A stretch of 64,000 nucleotides of DNA from Antedon mediterranea (GCF_964355755.1 NC_092670.1:16168795-16232794), one strand, 5' to 3'; positions 1-14,891 are shown, counted from the first letter of the stretch. Made by a program: numbers and translations. Notes: a model not told the origin generated them from the sequence alone.

Positions 1-1104
1 AAAACTGTAACTAAAAGCAAAAAATAATTAAATTGACTGCCATCCAATGGATTTTTGGTTGAATTTAACCGTTTTGTTTATTATATAAGTGAAAACATTC
101 TTTTTTCTCGTTATTTTTTTCTGCGGAAGTGATTAACTTTATTAAAACTACAAAATGGCCTATTCAAAATCTGATTTTATTAATCTTGATTTTTCATTTT
201 TTTGGGAGGACAAGGCATCTTTAAAAAACAAATATTAAATAATGATGCATTATTTGTTGTGTTTATTTTTCGTCAGTGACACCATGAAGAACAACGTAAT
301 TTGATGCTGATACGTATGCCTTATTTTTTGTTTTTAATTTAAAATATGTACGTTTTTTAACGTTTTGAATTCCTTAATTTTTTTAAAGGAAAAAAAATTA
401 AGTAAACTAAAATGAAAAATTATAACTAAATTAATCAATCAATCACAATATTTATTTTTTCCTTTCTCTGGGCCTACATTTAAAATGTTTTTATTGTTCG
501 AAAAAAGAATAACAAATGTACATTATAATCTATAATTATAGTCTTCTTTAGTTTATACTGAACATTGCAGGAAACAAAAAATAACAAAATAACGATGAAC
601 AAGAAAAAATATTACAAAAAACAATAAAAAGTCACTTCGACTAAATTAAAAATACGATGTTTAATAATATTATATTACTGTATTTTATAAAATATGCAGA
701 AAGAATTATTATCGCTATTAACAAGTCGATTTTATAGACTCCCTCTGTGTACACAATATATTAAAACACTTCTGTCGTTTCCTGTCTTGTGGCAAATGGT
801 ATTATTATTATTACGTGTATTATTACTTATATTACTGGTGGTATTATGCTGTTCATTTTACGCTAAATGCGCTCGCAAACAAAACACAATTATCCAGTAC
901 CGCCCCGTTTAACGCTGATTTTACACACCTTTTGTGTTATGCACACGGGGCGGTCTGGACATAATCTTAACTTTCTGGCTCACTTCACTCATTTCTGTTA
1001 CCGTTCACACGTATAAAAACACAGTAATATGCGCTTACATTTTGTACTTCTTTTATGCTTATCTAAACTCATTCAACAAATGAAATCAAGCTAAACCAAA
1101 CATG

Positions 1105-1335
1105 GCTAATAAGCTAATCTGATTGGTCGCCTGATTGCTTGTGTCTCCTCCCCTTTGACCTGTAAAGAGGCATCACCGAATGACTTGGTAGCTAAGCGAG
1201 TACGATAATTGGGTATCAAACAAGAGTGTTGGATGTTATTATATTTAATGTAAATTGCTAAAAGCAATATTATTCGATAACTCTTTTATCTGGTGTAAAC
1301 ACATCTCGTTTGTAGCAGATTCTCCTGTCAGTTTG
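1105..1335 (+). promoter_or_regulatory. Putative Uncx proximal promoter region
   Basis: Lies 200-400 bp upstream of the ATG. TAATCTGATTG (1115-1125) is a P3-like paired-homeodomain site overlapping a reverse CCAAT box. An initiator-like TCAGTT lies at 1328-1333. The TSS cannot be determined. Confidence 0.35.
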
Positions 1336-1526
1336 TCTGTACTGACCAAATCACGCTTGAGACAAAACTGGAAAACCCACTCTAAGTTTAACCACACCGG
1401 TGCTTAAAAACTGGATAACAATTCATTTATATTCTCTAATGCAGCTTACTTGATATTTAGAAAGCACAAGTTTTTATTTATTTCTATATACTGATTTTTG
1501 TCAACATTGCTAAGCCTGCAAACGGA

Positions 1527-1776
1527 ATGATGGACGCGGTCCTAGACTCAATCTACCCGCGATTTATGTCCCGTCTTGCCATCCCAAACTATCCATTTGC
1601 CCCACATCTACTAGGCCTACCGCCTAGGGGCTACCTCGAGAATCCGTTCCACAACCTACACCCTAACTCTTTAGCACTCCGGCAACTAGAAGGATTTCCT
1701 GGACTTGTCGGCAAACCGGATGCCATCGCTAGTCCTACGAATTCAGATGCGAGAAGTGATGATGACTGTCGATCTG
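1527..1776 (+). CDS. Uncx: Uncx/unc-4 homeobox gene, coding exon 1 (Pro/Leu-rich N-terminus)
   Basis: GC-richer ORF MMDAVLDSIYPRFMSRL...SDDDCRS ending at a consensus donor G|GTAAGT (intron starts 1777). The exon is 250 nt (phase 1) and joins exon 2 in frame (G+AT = Asp). Linkage across the 10.3-kb intron is inferred from phase and composition. Confidence 0.8.
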
Positions 1777-4700
1777 GTAAGTAAAGAATTACTTTATCAT
1801 AATTTTGATAATTAATAAATTAATATTTATTATTAGCCGGTTGATGTATCATTATTAATTATTACTGTTTTAAATAAATATGTTAAGTTACAAAGTACTT
1901 TTTTTTCGCCAAAACTCAAGTAGAACATTTTTTTTTTAGATTACCATTAGTATTTAGAGATGGCATCAATGTAATATCGTTATAGAAATGCTTAGTTTGT
2001 TTTCATTTCTTTTGCCTTACGCTTTGAAATATGTTTTGTTACTCACATAAGTTAATGTAGTTAATAAAGTATAGATACGTGTTACAAAAGATAGCATTTG
2101 TATAGGATTTTAATATTAGTGATTAATAGATCCATAGCTCATCCTTTAAACTTGTTTAGATTGTTAAAAGTTGATTTACTGTATAAACGGTATGAGGAAT
2201 ACAATGGGTACACTACTCACAATTTTATTTAACGATTGTGTTAACAAACATCCGATTAACATCGAGCTTGTAGAGAATTATATTTTTTAACTTTGTGTTG
2301 GGCCTATTGTTGCAGTCAGTTTATATGTTTTATTTTATAAGTACATTTGATTGTAACAGTGAATTATTCGTTGGTCTATCAGGAGATAAAACCTTGGAAC
2401 AACGCAATTTAATTTAGGTCTAAAACACTTTTCGCAAACTATATCTTTCCAGTCGTCCTATACGGAGCAATGTTTGGTCTATCTGTAGTAGAGTAACAAT
2501 CATTTTGTAGGTTAAGAATATACCAATAATATGCGTCTAATCGGAAATTTGCTTTGGACAAATTTCTGAAAAATGTAACTAGTTAGAGTATAGTGGACTA
2601 CCTTAGTAATACAAATATGTTTTCTATATTGTACACAACTTCTGTAATTTACTTCATTTGGCGTAATAGAGAAAATGTCCTTTTATTTTAATAAAAATGA
2701 CAGTCATATTCAATTTATATTCTAATTCAACTGCAAGCATTAAGTAAATAAAATAGATATTTTAGTCATACATTGGAAATTGGAACATTAAGGTTTTGTG
2801 GCATATTGAACGAATTCCATTTAATACATATGACATGATACATTTGCAACCAATTCTCGTTGACAAATAATCCATATAGCAGTTACGACCAGCGGATCTT
2901 AGACATTGAATTATGGCCTCTGGTGAAATCAATCTAACTATTTACTGTGAAAATCACCCGATTTTGTGCACTGTATCTCCATAATATATGACTTTATCTG
3001 TCCAGTATCGTAGGCAAATTCTGAAGTACAGTGTCACATATGTATCACATGTTATGGTTAAACTTATGATATGATGGTATGAGTTATGATACAGGCGTTA
3101 TATAGGCCTATTTTATTACAGAAATTGCGTATGATGTACAGGGCAAATTATTATAGATAGGCTGAGAAATACTGAAAAGTTGGTATTTTTCTATATTGTA
3201 TTCCATTATTATACACAACCATGATTGATAAAAGCACGTTACTTGAAGGATATGTATTATTGTCATACGCTAATATGTATTGTTTGACGTCGAATACCAT
3301 AACTTAATATGGCCAGATACCCTGGTGGCGATTATTTCTGGGTAGTGAGTTTAAAAGCACAATAAGGGGAAATTTAATTCCGCTGCTATACCTAACTCTT
3401 GTATAGTATAGCGTACCGTACTGTAGCAAAAGATCGATGCCTCATACATTGTGTTCGTCAACTTTTTATGAACTTCTATTAACCAATGTTAGAAAATTAC
3501 GATACTTAGGTCTATCTTATTGACTGCTTAGGTGTTAATTATATAATGTAAAAATAAACAACAAATAATATAAAGAGCAAGTTTCACTATAACACTTTTT
3601 TTTGTAAATTATTACGTTAGAATTAAGTTTTTTTTAAATAGTGGGAAATTGCTTCTTCTATAATATTAAAACATGTTATCGGTTTATCCTAATGCTCTGT
3701 CTAGGCCTACAATATCAAACTAGTTTGATAAAAATAATGTGATGCGCTCAAATATGATATGACATCACCATGTCCATATGGGCACATCACATTTACACAC
3801 AAAGTTTGATAATGTAGACAAGGCTTTAGATAACCAAACTGTGAATTCACCTTTAACTGGATAACCGTATTAAAACCATTTTCTACCTTCGGGTTAACCG
3901 TCAAAGACCAATCTCAAGTCTTTGCATATTGCAAGGAAAATGTATTTAGAATGAAGGATAACTAGATGTACAACCTTTTACTTATTCATTTATTTATTGA
4001 AAAGGAATTAATTACATTTACCTGAGTATTAGACGGCTTACAAAACATGCGTCCCTGATATATCTAGATTATTTGACTTTTGGCGTCTCTTACCGACTAT
4101 TTCACCGAAATATTTTAATCAGTAAAACTGGACATATTTACGATAAATTGGATTTACTAAATTTATTTATTTATGCAATGACTCGTATTGTTTTTTCAAG
4201 CATATTTAGGTCTTAATGCGTGTACAGGATTTAGCGAACGATACGACGCTAAGTGATATTCGAACGGCGCGCGATCCGGTGCAATAGCACAAAATAAAAT
4301 CTACCGGAATTGAATTTTATCCAGAAGGATTTAAAACCGCTTTTGTTAATGTAAACATCTACGTACTAAATGATATTGGATAAGATGCGTGGTGTTAGAA
4401 CAGGGCAACGCCGTGGGAGCTCGTTAACAATTACGGGAACGCGTTGCAACAACGTGTTGCCAACGGCCACAACAATATTTTTATTTGGAATAAATTCCCG
4501 TGTGATTGTTTCTTGTAATATTCTATTTCTAACGATTTAGATCATTTTGTATCTTGCTGTGTCGTCATGCTCTTTTGCAAAATTGGTAACAAAGAGAAAA
4601 ATTCCGTTAAAGATATTAAAATTGGAAACTGCAAAACTTAATTTATTATAAACAAAACCCGACAATGATTTTGACACTTTATGTAACTTGTTAAAACCAT

Positions 4701-7700
4701 TTTAATATTTTGATTCGTGTGAATCTTCATTTTGATGTTTTTTATTTTGCTGTACAGTTGATATATGTTTCTCCTAAGGAAGGTGAATAAATTCGAATTT
4801 GAAGACACCATACAGTTAAAAAAAAATAGGATAATTATTGTTCATAAAACCAAATATCTTTGAGTAATACAAATAAATGTAATAGTAATAGATTACGTAA
4901 TGCAACAACAGCACAAAACAAAAGGTCTGAAAATATATTGTTAAAACCTTAAAAGATTATCATTTTGTCACAACGAAATACTCACTATACTTTATAATTG
5001 TATTTATTGCTTGCAATTTTAAAGCATGTTCTAGCATGGAGATTCACAATAAAATCTTATTATTAAATAAACTATAATTAAATAATAGTTATTCCCAGTA
5101 TATTTCTCACATACTGCCACGTGTAATGATGCTGATAGATACGTTAATTGAGAAAAAGTATGATTAAATCTTTAGCCCATTGACTGCGTGTAACATTCAC
5201 TGAACCACTTCGGTGTAACTGGATAATTTATTGCTAAATTCCCTTTGGTTGAAGAAGAATATCGCTACCTTGATGAATCATATATATGTGAACATAGAAA
5301 GTAATTTAAACCCTAATACTTTGATGGAAATTAAATATATAATACTCGTTTATTTAATTATGAATATCGCCATTTGATCCCACTCGTGACAGTTATTAAA
5401 TATATATAAGTCCGTGTGTTTTGGTTTATTTAATTATGCATAGGCATATCGTCATGTTTTGTCCACGGGCATGTTAAGGGATAATGTCGCCTTTTGTCAT
5501 AAAGGTGAAAGATAATTACGTTGTTACTGTTAAATTCACAAGTATAGTAAAGCCGGGTGCATGCCCGAATATTAAGATATGACGTCATAAAATATTTGTG
5601 TGCGCGCGTGTTGAATTGATTATTTTTACAATTATAAATCTCGCGCGGTTTCAAATTTAATGTCTTCTTTTTTAAACTAAGATGGTCCAATGTAATATTT
5701 GCATCATTATGTCGTTAAAGCATTGGTTCATGCGAAATAGCATTCATTATTAAAGGTGTCATTTTAGAATTTTGATATTCATTGTTAAAACAATATTCCA
5801 GTATCGTAAATTAAATTTCTAATTTATTTTGCTTAAATTTAATAACTTACTACCAAATGACAAATAATGTTATGGTATTATAGTTTGTCTTCTAATAATT
5901 ATATTAGTGCGCATTCAACGCGTACTTTGATTCGATGACGTATAACTAACTTAATTGAAGTCGTCTGCTCGGACGCGCCACTCGTGATAATTTGATTGAA
6001 TGGCCATTTGATTAGGTTGGCCAAGTACCTATTAATTTCTCATTAACAAATGAATGTCCACTTTCAGGTCTTGGTTTTAACGTATATATGGTAATTATTT
6101 TAACAATTACCTTTTATCTTTAAAAATGAGAAAATAAAATATAAACAATTATATTAAAAATGCAATTCTCTGTAGTCAATAATATCGGACAATTGATTTC
6201 GAATTTTTGAATGTTTGTATAGAATACAAAAATAAAATTTGACTGGTTTACAGGGTATTTGCTAACACATAATTTTATAAATTATTATTTTATAGATTTG
6301 TCTTATTCTACTTTTTTATATACTACTTCTACTTCTTTTAATAACATACAGCAAAGTTAGTAGATGGTAAAGTATACATCTATAAATAATATTTCTTCAA
6401 GACTCTGTTTATGTTACATGAGTCATAAAGTAATACAAACGCTATATTTCATACTTTGATAATTATTTGGGGTTTAGGCGTCAGATAGTGGAAAATTAGA
6501 AGTTATAAAAATTTAATTGAAACGATAATTTTGCGATTAATTATGAATAACAAATTGATAACCATAAAGTTTAATTTATAGAGGGTTTTGACAAGATGAT
6601 CATCTAGTTCCGTTTTCATTAAACACATTGCAAATTAAAGATTTAAATCGGTTATCGCACATTTATCATTCTCAGTGAAATTTAAAGCTAAAAAAAATAT
6701 ATGTATATTGTGATGCAATTATATTTTGGAATAATTTAGGCAGAAATATTGCTGTTTTGCGGCGATCAAAATAGTTTTGTTCAAATTAAATATGTTTTAT
6801 TCGGAAAGTACAGTACAGATTCTCTTTTTATTTATTATTTTCATTTTTTTACCAGTAGTACTTCTGTCTTTAGTGGTCTAACTAAATGAAATACAACAAA
6901 TGAGAAAATATTGAAAATAAAATGTGAACCAAACACAACGTGCATATTTATAACTTTGGACGAACAGATGAAAGACAAATTAAACAATGTAAACAAAGGA
7001 AAACTATTTTCCCATTGACCACATTTATCAGATAAAAGCATTTTACATTGATCTAAGTTAGATTCAGATTTTTATTTTTTCCTAGACGGACTCTAAAGCT
7101 TGTTTAGAAACAATTTTATATTCGCACAAGTTCCAACATTCGCGATATTATTATTTTTATTATTGAATGTTATACCAACGGGAATCATGAAATGTGCGAG
7201 GCTTTCATATTTATGTTTTAAAGAATAAAGTTTTATCCTTGCTATAACATTGACATTATTTCCAAATAGAAATCTCTATTGTATAGAAAGGTCATACAGA
7301 TCATAACCAATCATTTCACAAGCATATACCGAGAATACTAAAGTCATAGAGTTCATGATGCCTTGTATTAAAGTTAGTGATACATAGGCATTATACTATA
7401 TTTCTCCTATGACAATTATCTATGAACCCAAATATCAATATGCATACCCATCTAGAGTTATGATGGTGGTAATTGTTAATCTACTAGTGATGATTTGGAT
7501 TTTCTTTTCAAGTAACTTTAACTTAACAGTATAATTTAAAGTTGCATGTTAATGTATATTATTAGGTACTTCTTATTAAGAAGTTATGAGTTTTTCTGGT
7601 GGAACGTAATTGCTTATTTCGCCAGCAAGAAACTGTTGCTATTTACCGTATTATTTGTCGAGTGTATCAATTTTTTTTCTTGTGAAAATTAATTAAAATT

Positions 7701-10700
7701 GAATTCAGTTGAAAACAAGATTAAACCCTAATTAGGCCCTTTTTAAATTTAAGTAAATAAATTTTGTTTTTATAGTGCTTATTGTGAATAGTTTGGTTTC
7801 TTTTCAATTTCTTCAGTCGTATAGCTCATTTATGATTTCATTTTGTTCATCCTCCCTCGGCAGGTTAACCGTAGTTTGTCTTCATAAAACACATGAAAAC
7901 TATCATTAAATGTTGCAACGTATAGTATCATCGAATGTTGATTTCAGTTAGAAAATAGTAATTAATTTTATGTGAAAATGGTGTATACGATTTCGCTAGG
8001 AATTATCTTCCGAAAGGCTTGGTAAATCAAGAAGAACAGGCAAATTATAAATAATACGATAGATCGTAAAATCCCAGCTAAGTCTATAAAAGATGAAGTG
8101 AAATCAAGATAGAGTTTCGTTTACTATTGAAATTCTACCTAACTTAGCTCGTAAAAATATAATATGTGATTATTCTGGACGGAATTTAAACTAACACTTT
8201 TGATGTTTCTAACTGATTGAATTGGATTGATATTAAGACTTACTCCTCTCGCGATATAAGCAGTCTCCGAGTGTCAAATGCGGCCAAAACTAGTGCGCAT
8301 TGTGCCAGTCTTTTGTTACAACCCTTGTCGTAAAACACTGTTGTTACTTCGCCAAGATGCGTTTCGCTGAGCGTGTCCATCGTCGGTAACTGTCAGTTTT
8401 GTTTTTATTAACTCATCTGATTAAAGTATAGACAAAAAAGAACATTTAATAAATGAAATATTAAAATGTAATAATTACGTAACTTGTTTTAAAATATAAA
8501 TATTAAGAATTGGTCTACGAATAAAAAAAATACACTATTTTAGGCATATTTTATTGTTATTATTTCTATTATTTTATTTAGTAAATACGTACTTATTATT
8601 TAGTTATATTATTTATTTTCAATCTTTGTACATATCGATACGAAATATAGTTTTAACATATAAATAAATATATGAAAAAGACAAAAACTGTGTGATGCTT
8701 AACCACTTATTTAAATTCTTAACGAAATCGCAACAATAAAGTTGTTTCCTTATTGAAAATAAATGGAAAGCAAACTTGTTTACAAAAAATATCAGAATGT
8801 TTACGACATATTTGAACCGTATTAGTAAACTCCTTGCCCCTAATAGATTCGTGTCTTTGATTAGACCAGATGCTTTACATCACGACCACTTTCTTTCTAT
8901 TTACCCATATTAGAGTATCGCTTACAAAGGAGTCGTGTTATTATCGATATTCATAAACTCCAATAATAAAGACAGTTTATTTTGTTTTTAACAATTATGT
9001 AGATATGTAGCTATCTTGTATTCAATCCTAAACAGATTGGTCAGATCAGGGAGAAATAAGTCTATACTTAACAAAACAATTACCGTTGCGTAACAATCTC
9101 TTTCGCCACATGCTAAGTTGCATACTAATATTTTAATTAGCATTTTATTAATTAGTATCGAATTAATTTGCATTCAATGCATCTTTAAAACATGTTTAGC
9201 ATTTTTTGCAATTAACCTATGAATAAGTTAAGGCCGTAGTCCTCTTAAGATGAACATACTGGTATTAATTATAACTGTAACATTATCAATACACCGTTGA
9301 ACAATGAAGTACCGGTAGGTCTATTGTTGTTCAATACAAATAAATTAAATTTCTTTTGTAATTCCGATGGGTTGTTATTCTAATATAGCAAGTGCTAATA
9401 TTTATTAATCGTTGTAACCTCTTGTTAATTCTCTATTCTGTTCATAGGCTTTGCAAGTATTAGAAATATCTAACTATTGTTAGATAACTAATCCACAGTA
9501 CTATCATATTATTCTTAGTGCACTGTATCGTTGCTATTATAGCTAGCTAAGCCATTTGGTATATTTCTAGGGTACCGTACACCTTGACTAAGGGGTGGAC
9601 AACGTGCGCCTGTTCGCCCACCATGTAATATCGGCGGTATTTTTCTTGGATCTTCTTCCATAGCCTTGGTATATACTATGAAGTTACATTTCTACTCCTT
9701 TGTAGAAAAACACCTACTGCTCATCCTCTTTTGATATCGCCGAATAGATTTTGTGAAAGACATATCAATTCTTAAAATCCATTAAATAGCTATTACCATT
9801 TCATTTGTATTTCCTTGAAACAATTACATAACAGGCGTCATATAAGCAATAAGTGTGATTTAGTTAAATAAGTTAATTAATATAAATAAACATTTAAATT
9901 AAACCAAATAGAGTATCCCAAAACACGTTGTAGTAGACCCGCTGAATAAGAATGTGTTGTTTGGGATTGTTCAAAAGGGCTCTACTTCGTAGGATATGTT
10001 TCCATCTCATGACAAGTATCATCCACATGGTATCGGTACGATACGCGGTCACGTGTTCACCAATTACAGTACACATTTGGGAAATAGATTATTCTTTTAG
10101 TAAAGTTATACTTTAATTATTATCATAGCAGTTTTAATTAATATTCAGTAATTGAGTCATATAAAAACACTACGTGATATTGTAAGGTTTTTTTCGTTGC
10201 CTAGTGGAATATTTTTAAACTTCATCTTTCAAAGTGTATGACGTAATCAGGTGACGTAATTTCCCGAGGTACTATTTCTCAATTCAGTGTATTAAGTTGT
10301 TCTTTATTCATATTTTGTCTCCTACTGGCAACTGTAGATGAATCCATTAACCGTTATATAAGCTATTCTAGTTACTTTTTTTTATCCAATTCTCTTCACA
10401 CTTTCTTTATGAATGTTATTTTCATTTTATCTTCTATCCATCCATCCACTCATTTCATCGTTCATTCCTTCCTTACATTTCTAATTTGTTTATATTTCTC
10501 GAAACAATTCAACAAAGTACAAAATAAATCTAAGCCTTAATTTTTTCAGGATTGTTTTATCTTTTTGTATTTTCTTTTTCTGTTCGAACAAACAGTGTCT
10601 TATTGAAATATCCTTTATTTTCCCATATCTATAAATTTTACTGCTTATTATCATATACGTTTCACACTAACGTGTAATGATTTATAGTCAAGTTGCTGGT

Positions 10701-12118
10701 AACATCTCCAAGGAACGCTGGTGATAGAATAGATACAAGAGAAGATAGTATAATAGCACTTCAAACAAATCATATCATCATCATCTTAAAGGGAGTGTTC
10801 ACACGGTGTATAAAGAGTTACGCCAAAATACGCCTATATTTAAATTGGCGCGTGCACACGATATTGCACGCAACGTAACGCTATTAAAGCAAAGCGCGTA
10901 TAGTTTTTCTTAGGCTGTCCACACGTATGGTACCATAACCTCAAGTTCAATGTAAACATTTATTTTCTTTCTTTCATCTTTCATAAACAATTACAAAATA
11001 TAAATGAATAAGGTACTACTTAAATAAGGTAGGTAGTATTGAAATTCGTAGAACCTGTTTAGGTTTAGTTGCCAAAATATATGTATTAAGAAAGAACATT
11101 TATAACGCTAGGATAGTTTGTTGAATGCGTCAAATTATTCGACAAAAGACCACAAATTGCGGTTTGACAACATTAAGTGTTCCTGTGTCAATCACAGCCA
11201 ACAAAGACCTGGTTATAATTAGCTTCATTCCACCTTGCTTGCATAACTATAATAGTTATTTGGTTAAATGCATTATATTTGTTATTCAATTACCATAGTT
11301 TCTTGATATCGGTTTCGCAACCACCCTACGTAATGATAATAAACTCAGTCTCGTAGGCTAGCTTTTCACTGTCAGTCCGTCGGGCTAACCAACAAACTAG
11401 ATGTATGTGTGGTCGTTGCGATACGGTAATCATTAACCATTTAGGCTTGTTTTCCACAAGATGTAATACTGAATCCGTGTTTTCACTGACCGTAACTATG
11501 GTGTGTCCGTATCATTTTTTCTCGTGTCCGCACACATTTTATTTCGTAGTCATCGCTTGTAATGCGCATGCTCGTAGCTATTGCGATCAACACTTTAATG
11601 GTTTTCTGAGTCTGTGATGTTGATTTTCCATAATGAACTAATTTCACTGTTGTTTACCGAGACGGTGTATTGTTTTGATGTATTTCAATCGTGTTTAGAA
11701 TTAAACTTGATTAATTTTGTTTTGATGAAGCATCGAATTCTCATTATTAAATTGAATGGATTTTCTGGGTCGAGATTAATTATCTTATTAGACATAGTTT
11801 AATCGTAATGAATAATATTAGTAGATGTTGAAAAACAGTTTGTTAGAATAGATGGTAAAACTGATTGTGTTGTTTTAGTTTTCCATTATTGTGTTATGAG
11901 TAAACAAAATTACGGTAGCACATTTCTTAAATTACTCATATCATAAATCATATAAGTGTTTGGGTGCTTGGTTCGGGATTATTACAAATAAGATAGGACA
12001 GAGATTTATTTAATATTGTTAATTTCAGGTGTAGGCGTTTTGATTGTTTTGTTTCAATTGATGACCAAATAGTATAAAATTAATAACACTATATTATAAT
12101 AAGCCTTTTGTCACTTAG
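1777..12118 (+). other. Uncx intron 1 (phase 1, 10.3 kb)
   Basis: GTAAGT...TTAG boundaries with the frame preserved. Additional small exons cannot be excluded. Confidence 0.75.
3690..3828. mobile_element. MITE family A copy 1 (PIF/Harbinger-like, degenerate)
   Basis: TIR related to AGCTCTGTCTACACTATCAAACT, with family interior (gatatgacatca...tgtccatatgggcacatcac). The left TIR carries a GGCCTA insertion. Confidence 0.75.
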
Positions 12119-12288
12119 ATATCGATGATAAAGATGGAAATGGCGGGAAAAGACGACGCAGTCGAACTAATTTTACTGGCTGGCAATTGGAGGAGCTTGA
12201 ACGCGCGTTCACAGAGAGCCACTACCCGGATGTGTTTACGCGTGAAGCTTTAGCTATGCGCCTTGACCTCGTTGAATCACGTGTACAA
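12119..12288 (+). CDS. Uncx: Uncx/unc-4 coding exon 2: homeodomain residues 1-46
   Basis: Acceptor ttttgtcacttAG (ends 12118) and donor GTAAGT (12289). Translates to (D)[69 protein letters not shown] and [10 protein letters not shown] are Uncx/unc-4 signatures. Absent from the ORF track. Confidence 0.95.
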
Positions 12289-14816
12289 GTAAGTATACAA
12301 ATATCACTGATTAACACAAATTATTTGCAAACTTTGTTAATCTAATCATTATTGCAATTATTTGTGAAAAATTAATTGATTTTACGCTAAATTTCAAGAA
12401 ATTAGCATTAATTTATATAGATTAGAAGCAGAGGGAGTTACATCTAAAAAGTGATTAAACGCAATAAATGGTGAACACAATTTAATTGTTTAAAATATTG
12501 GTGCCAGCCGCTTTGGAAAACTAATACCGCTTAATAAAAGCGAATAATAGGTATCAATTAACGTCTGATTATGTCTGCTATGTAAGTCGACCCATCACAA
12601 AGTACAATTGACTCGACAAAAAATATGCCACTCGAAAAAAAAAACAAAAAAAAAACAGTTAATAATAGAATGTTGTCTCTCTGGCATCATTAGATTATAT
12701 TCTGTTATATTAATTTAATCGCTAAAAAGTATACAAAAATATTGGGATAATTAATAATAATTTGATAGTATGAATCAAATAGTAAGAAAAATAATTTAGT
12801 CTGCAGGGAGAGCAGACGATTCAATCTCAGAAATTGGATGGATTCTATTTACACAAAAACAGCCAAGAAAAAAAACCTGTAAATATTAAATCAGATCTGA
12901 TTGGAATTGGTCCATCTCAAAATATCGACTGTTTATATAAATTATTTTAGACCAAAATATTTGACTGCAATACTCGCCTTCAGCAAACAAATATCTTTAC
13001 AGAAAAAAGTCAAGAAATTAAAAAACACTTAGGCCTATCCATGAAGAATTTTATTTTTCCATGGCCTATATTATACAATTGCGTTAACTCAAATGGTTAC
13101 AATATTATATAAATGAATAGAAAATTGTTTTATTTGTACACTTTGAATTACATGAAACAATAACAGAAATCGTGGCAATGCCAATGCTCTAAATCGTCGT
13201 CTCATGGTCCAATTATGGCCGGATTTTCTTGGAGAATATATATCGTAATCTTGTTTTAGCATTTGAACTTTTGACGTCTTTTTTCCAAATGATGAACATT
13301 ATTCAAATGTTTCTCATTGGCATATTCAATGCCTTTCCTGATGACATAATGGATGCAATTTAGATAATGTATATATTTTTATTTCTTTATGTCTATATTA
13401 GTTTTCTTTTTTTTTTTAATCTGCAAATTTCTATCTTTAGATGTAATTTAATAAATTTTCTTGATGGAATTATAACATGATAAATGAAAGCAAAACTTGA
13501 ATCCCAAAGCCATACAATCAGAAGTTTAAAAAAGTATTAGGTCGTATAAGAAGACCTACAATACTCAATAGGCATGCAAAAGACATTTCAAACGTTTATT
13601 TATTTACTTTTTGGTGGGTATCGAAAACTGGTGAAACATTTACTTCTACAAATGTGTTATACTGTTAGTTTGTACCTAAACACTATTTGAGATGAATGTG
13701 TGAATTTTCCTTCCAAGTACCTAAACGTTAAGCCAACGTCTATTGATTTTCAGCAGGTAAGTGCAGTGATTTGGTCCAGTGCCCAGCCCAGTCAGTCCTA
13801 ATCCGTGTTACTTTAGCGTTAGCCTACCCAATAGCCCAAAGGCTTTACTGCTTTGTGAGGTGACAGCGATTCGGGTGTGTTTATTAAGTGATCTTCCTAT
13901 GTTTGTGTTCTTTTAGAGAATTAACTGTGTGAGGTCCACCAGTATGGAAACATGGTTATTCCCATGAGTTATACCACTGACACAGTAATGACACCATTCA
14001 TTCTTGGTGTTATTAATTTGTCCTCGGAAAGGGGTAAACAAGTTAAGTGTTTGAAGAATTAAGTAATGTTTTGTTCATAATGTCACAACAAAGTTATAAT
14101 GGATTCTAGAATGTTGTGGTGAATTGGGATTGAAATAAATGGATGTTAGGATCTAGATTTCTAACTGGCACTGAAGTGATGACAAATTACCTGAGAACCT
14201 ATATGCCAATTGTACTGAACTCTATACATAAATATCTTTATTGAAACTGACATTTTTCAAGCCATAGATTAAAGTTCGTTGCTCAACAATTTTAGGTGTT
14301 TTTTTTAGAAGTTTAGAACATTTATGTTGGAAATCAGAAATTATGTCAAAGACTACTTTTAGTGTAGAACTTCTCTGAATCTGTAAACATTTAAAACAGG
14401 AATATTTTTTGAGTGAATATTTTTTAAATGTAGGAAAGATAAAGTTTTAATTATTTATTGTTTGATAAAATGTTTTTCAAATTTTTCATTTTCTCTTTAA
14501 TTCAATTTAAATCATGATACAAAATTACTAACACGTATTAATTTGATAAGTAAAACCGCTAGTAGTAAATTATTGGAACAGTTTCTTCTAAATTACTGTT
14601 TATGTTAGTAGTATCGCCAGTATCGTTGTCAGGCTTTGGAAAGCTGCTAATAATATTATTGATATCAATTACCTTATGATTTATCGAATGGATAACATTC
14701 ATAACTATCAGTGATAGTGTACCACACAATAGACACACCTTTAGCCGCGTACTTACAGGTTTGATTCCTGTTTCTTGAGAGAAAAAAACCTTATTTCAAT
14801 AACAATTGCCTTGCCT

Positions 14817-14844
14817 TTATATTATTATTATATTAATTTAATTG

Positions 14845-14890
<46 letters not shown>
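14817..14890. repeat. (ATT)n microsatellite
   Basis: Near-perfect ATT run at 14846-14890 with a degenerate 5' part. Confidence 0.9.
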
Positions 14891-14891
<1 letters not shown>

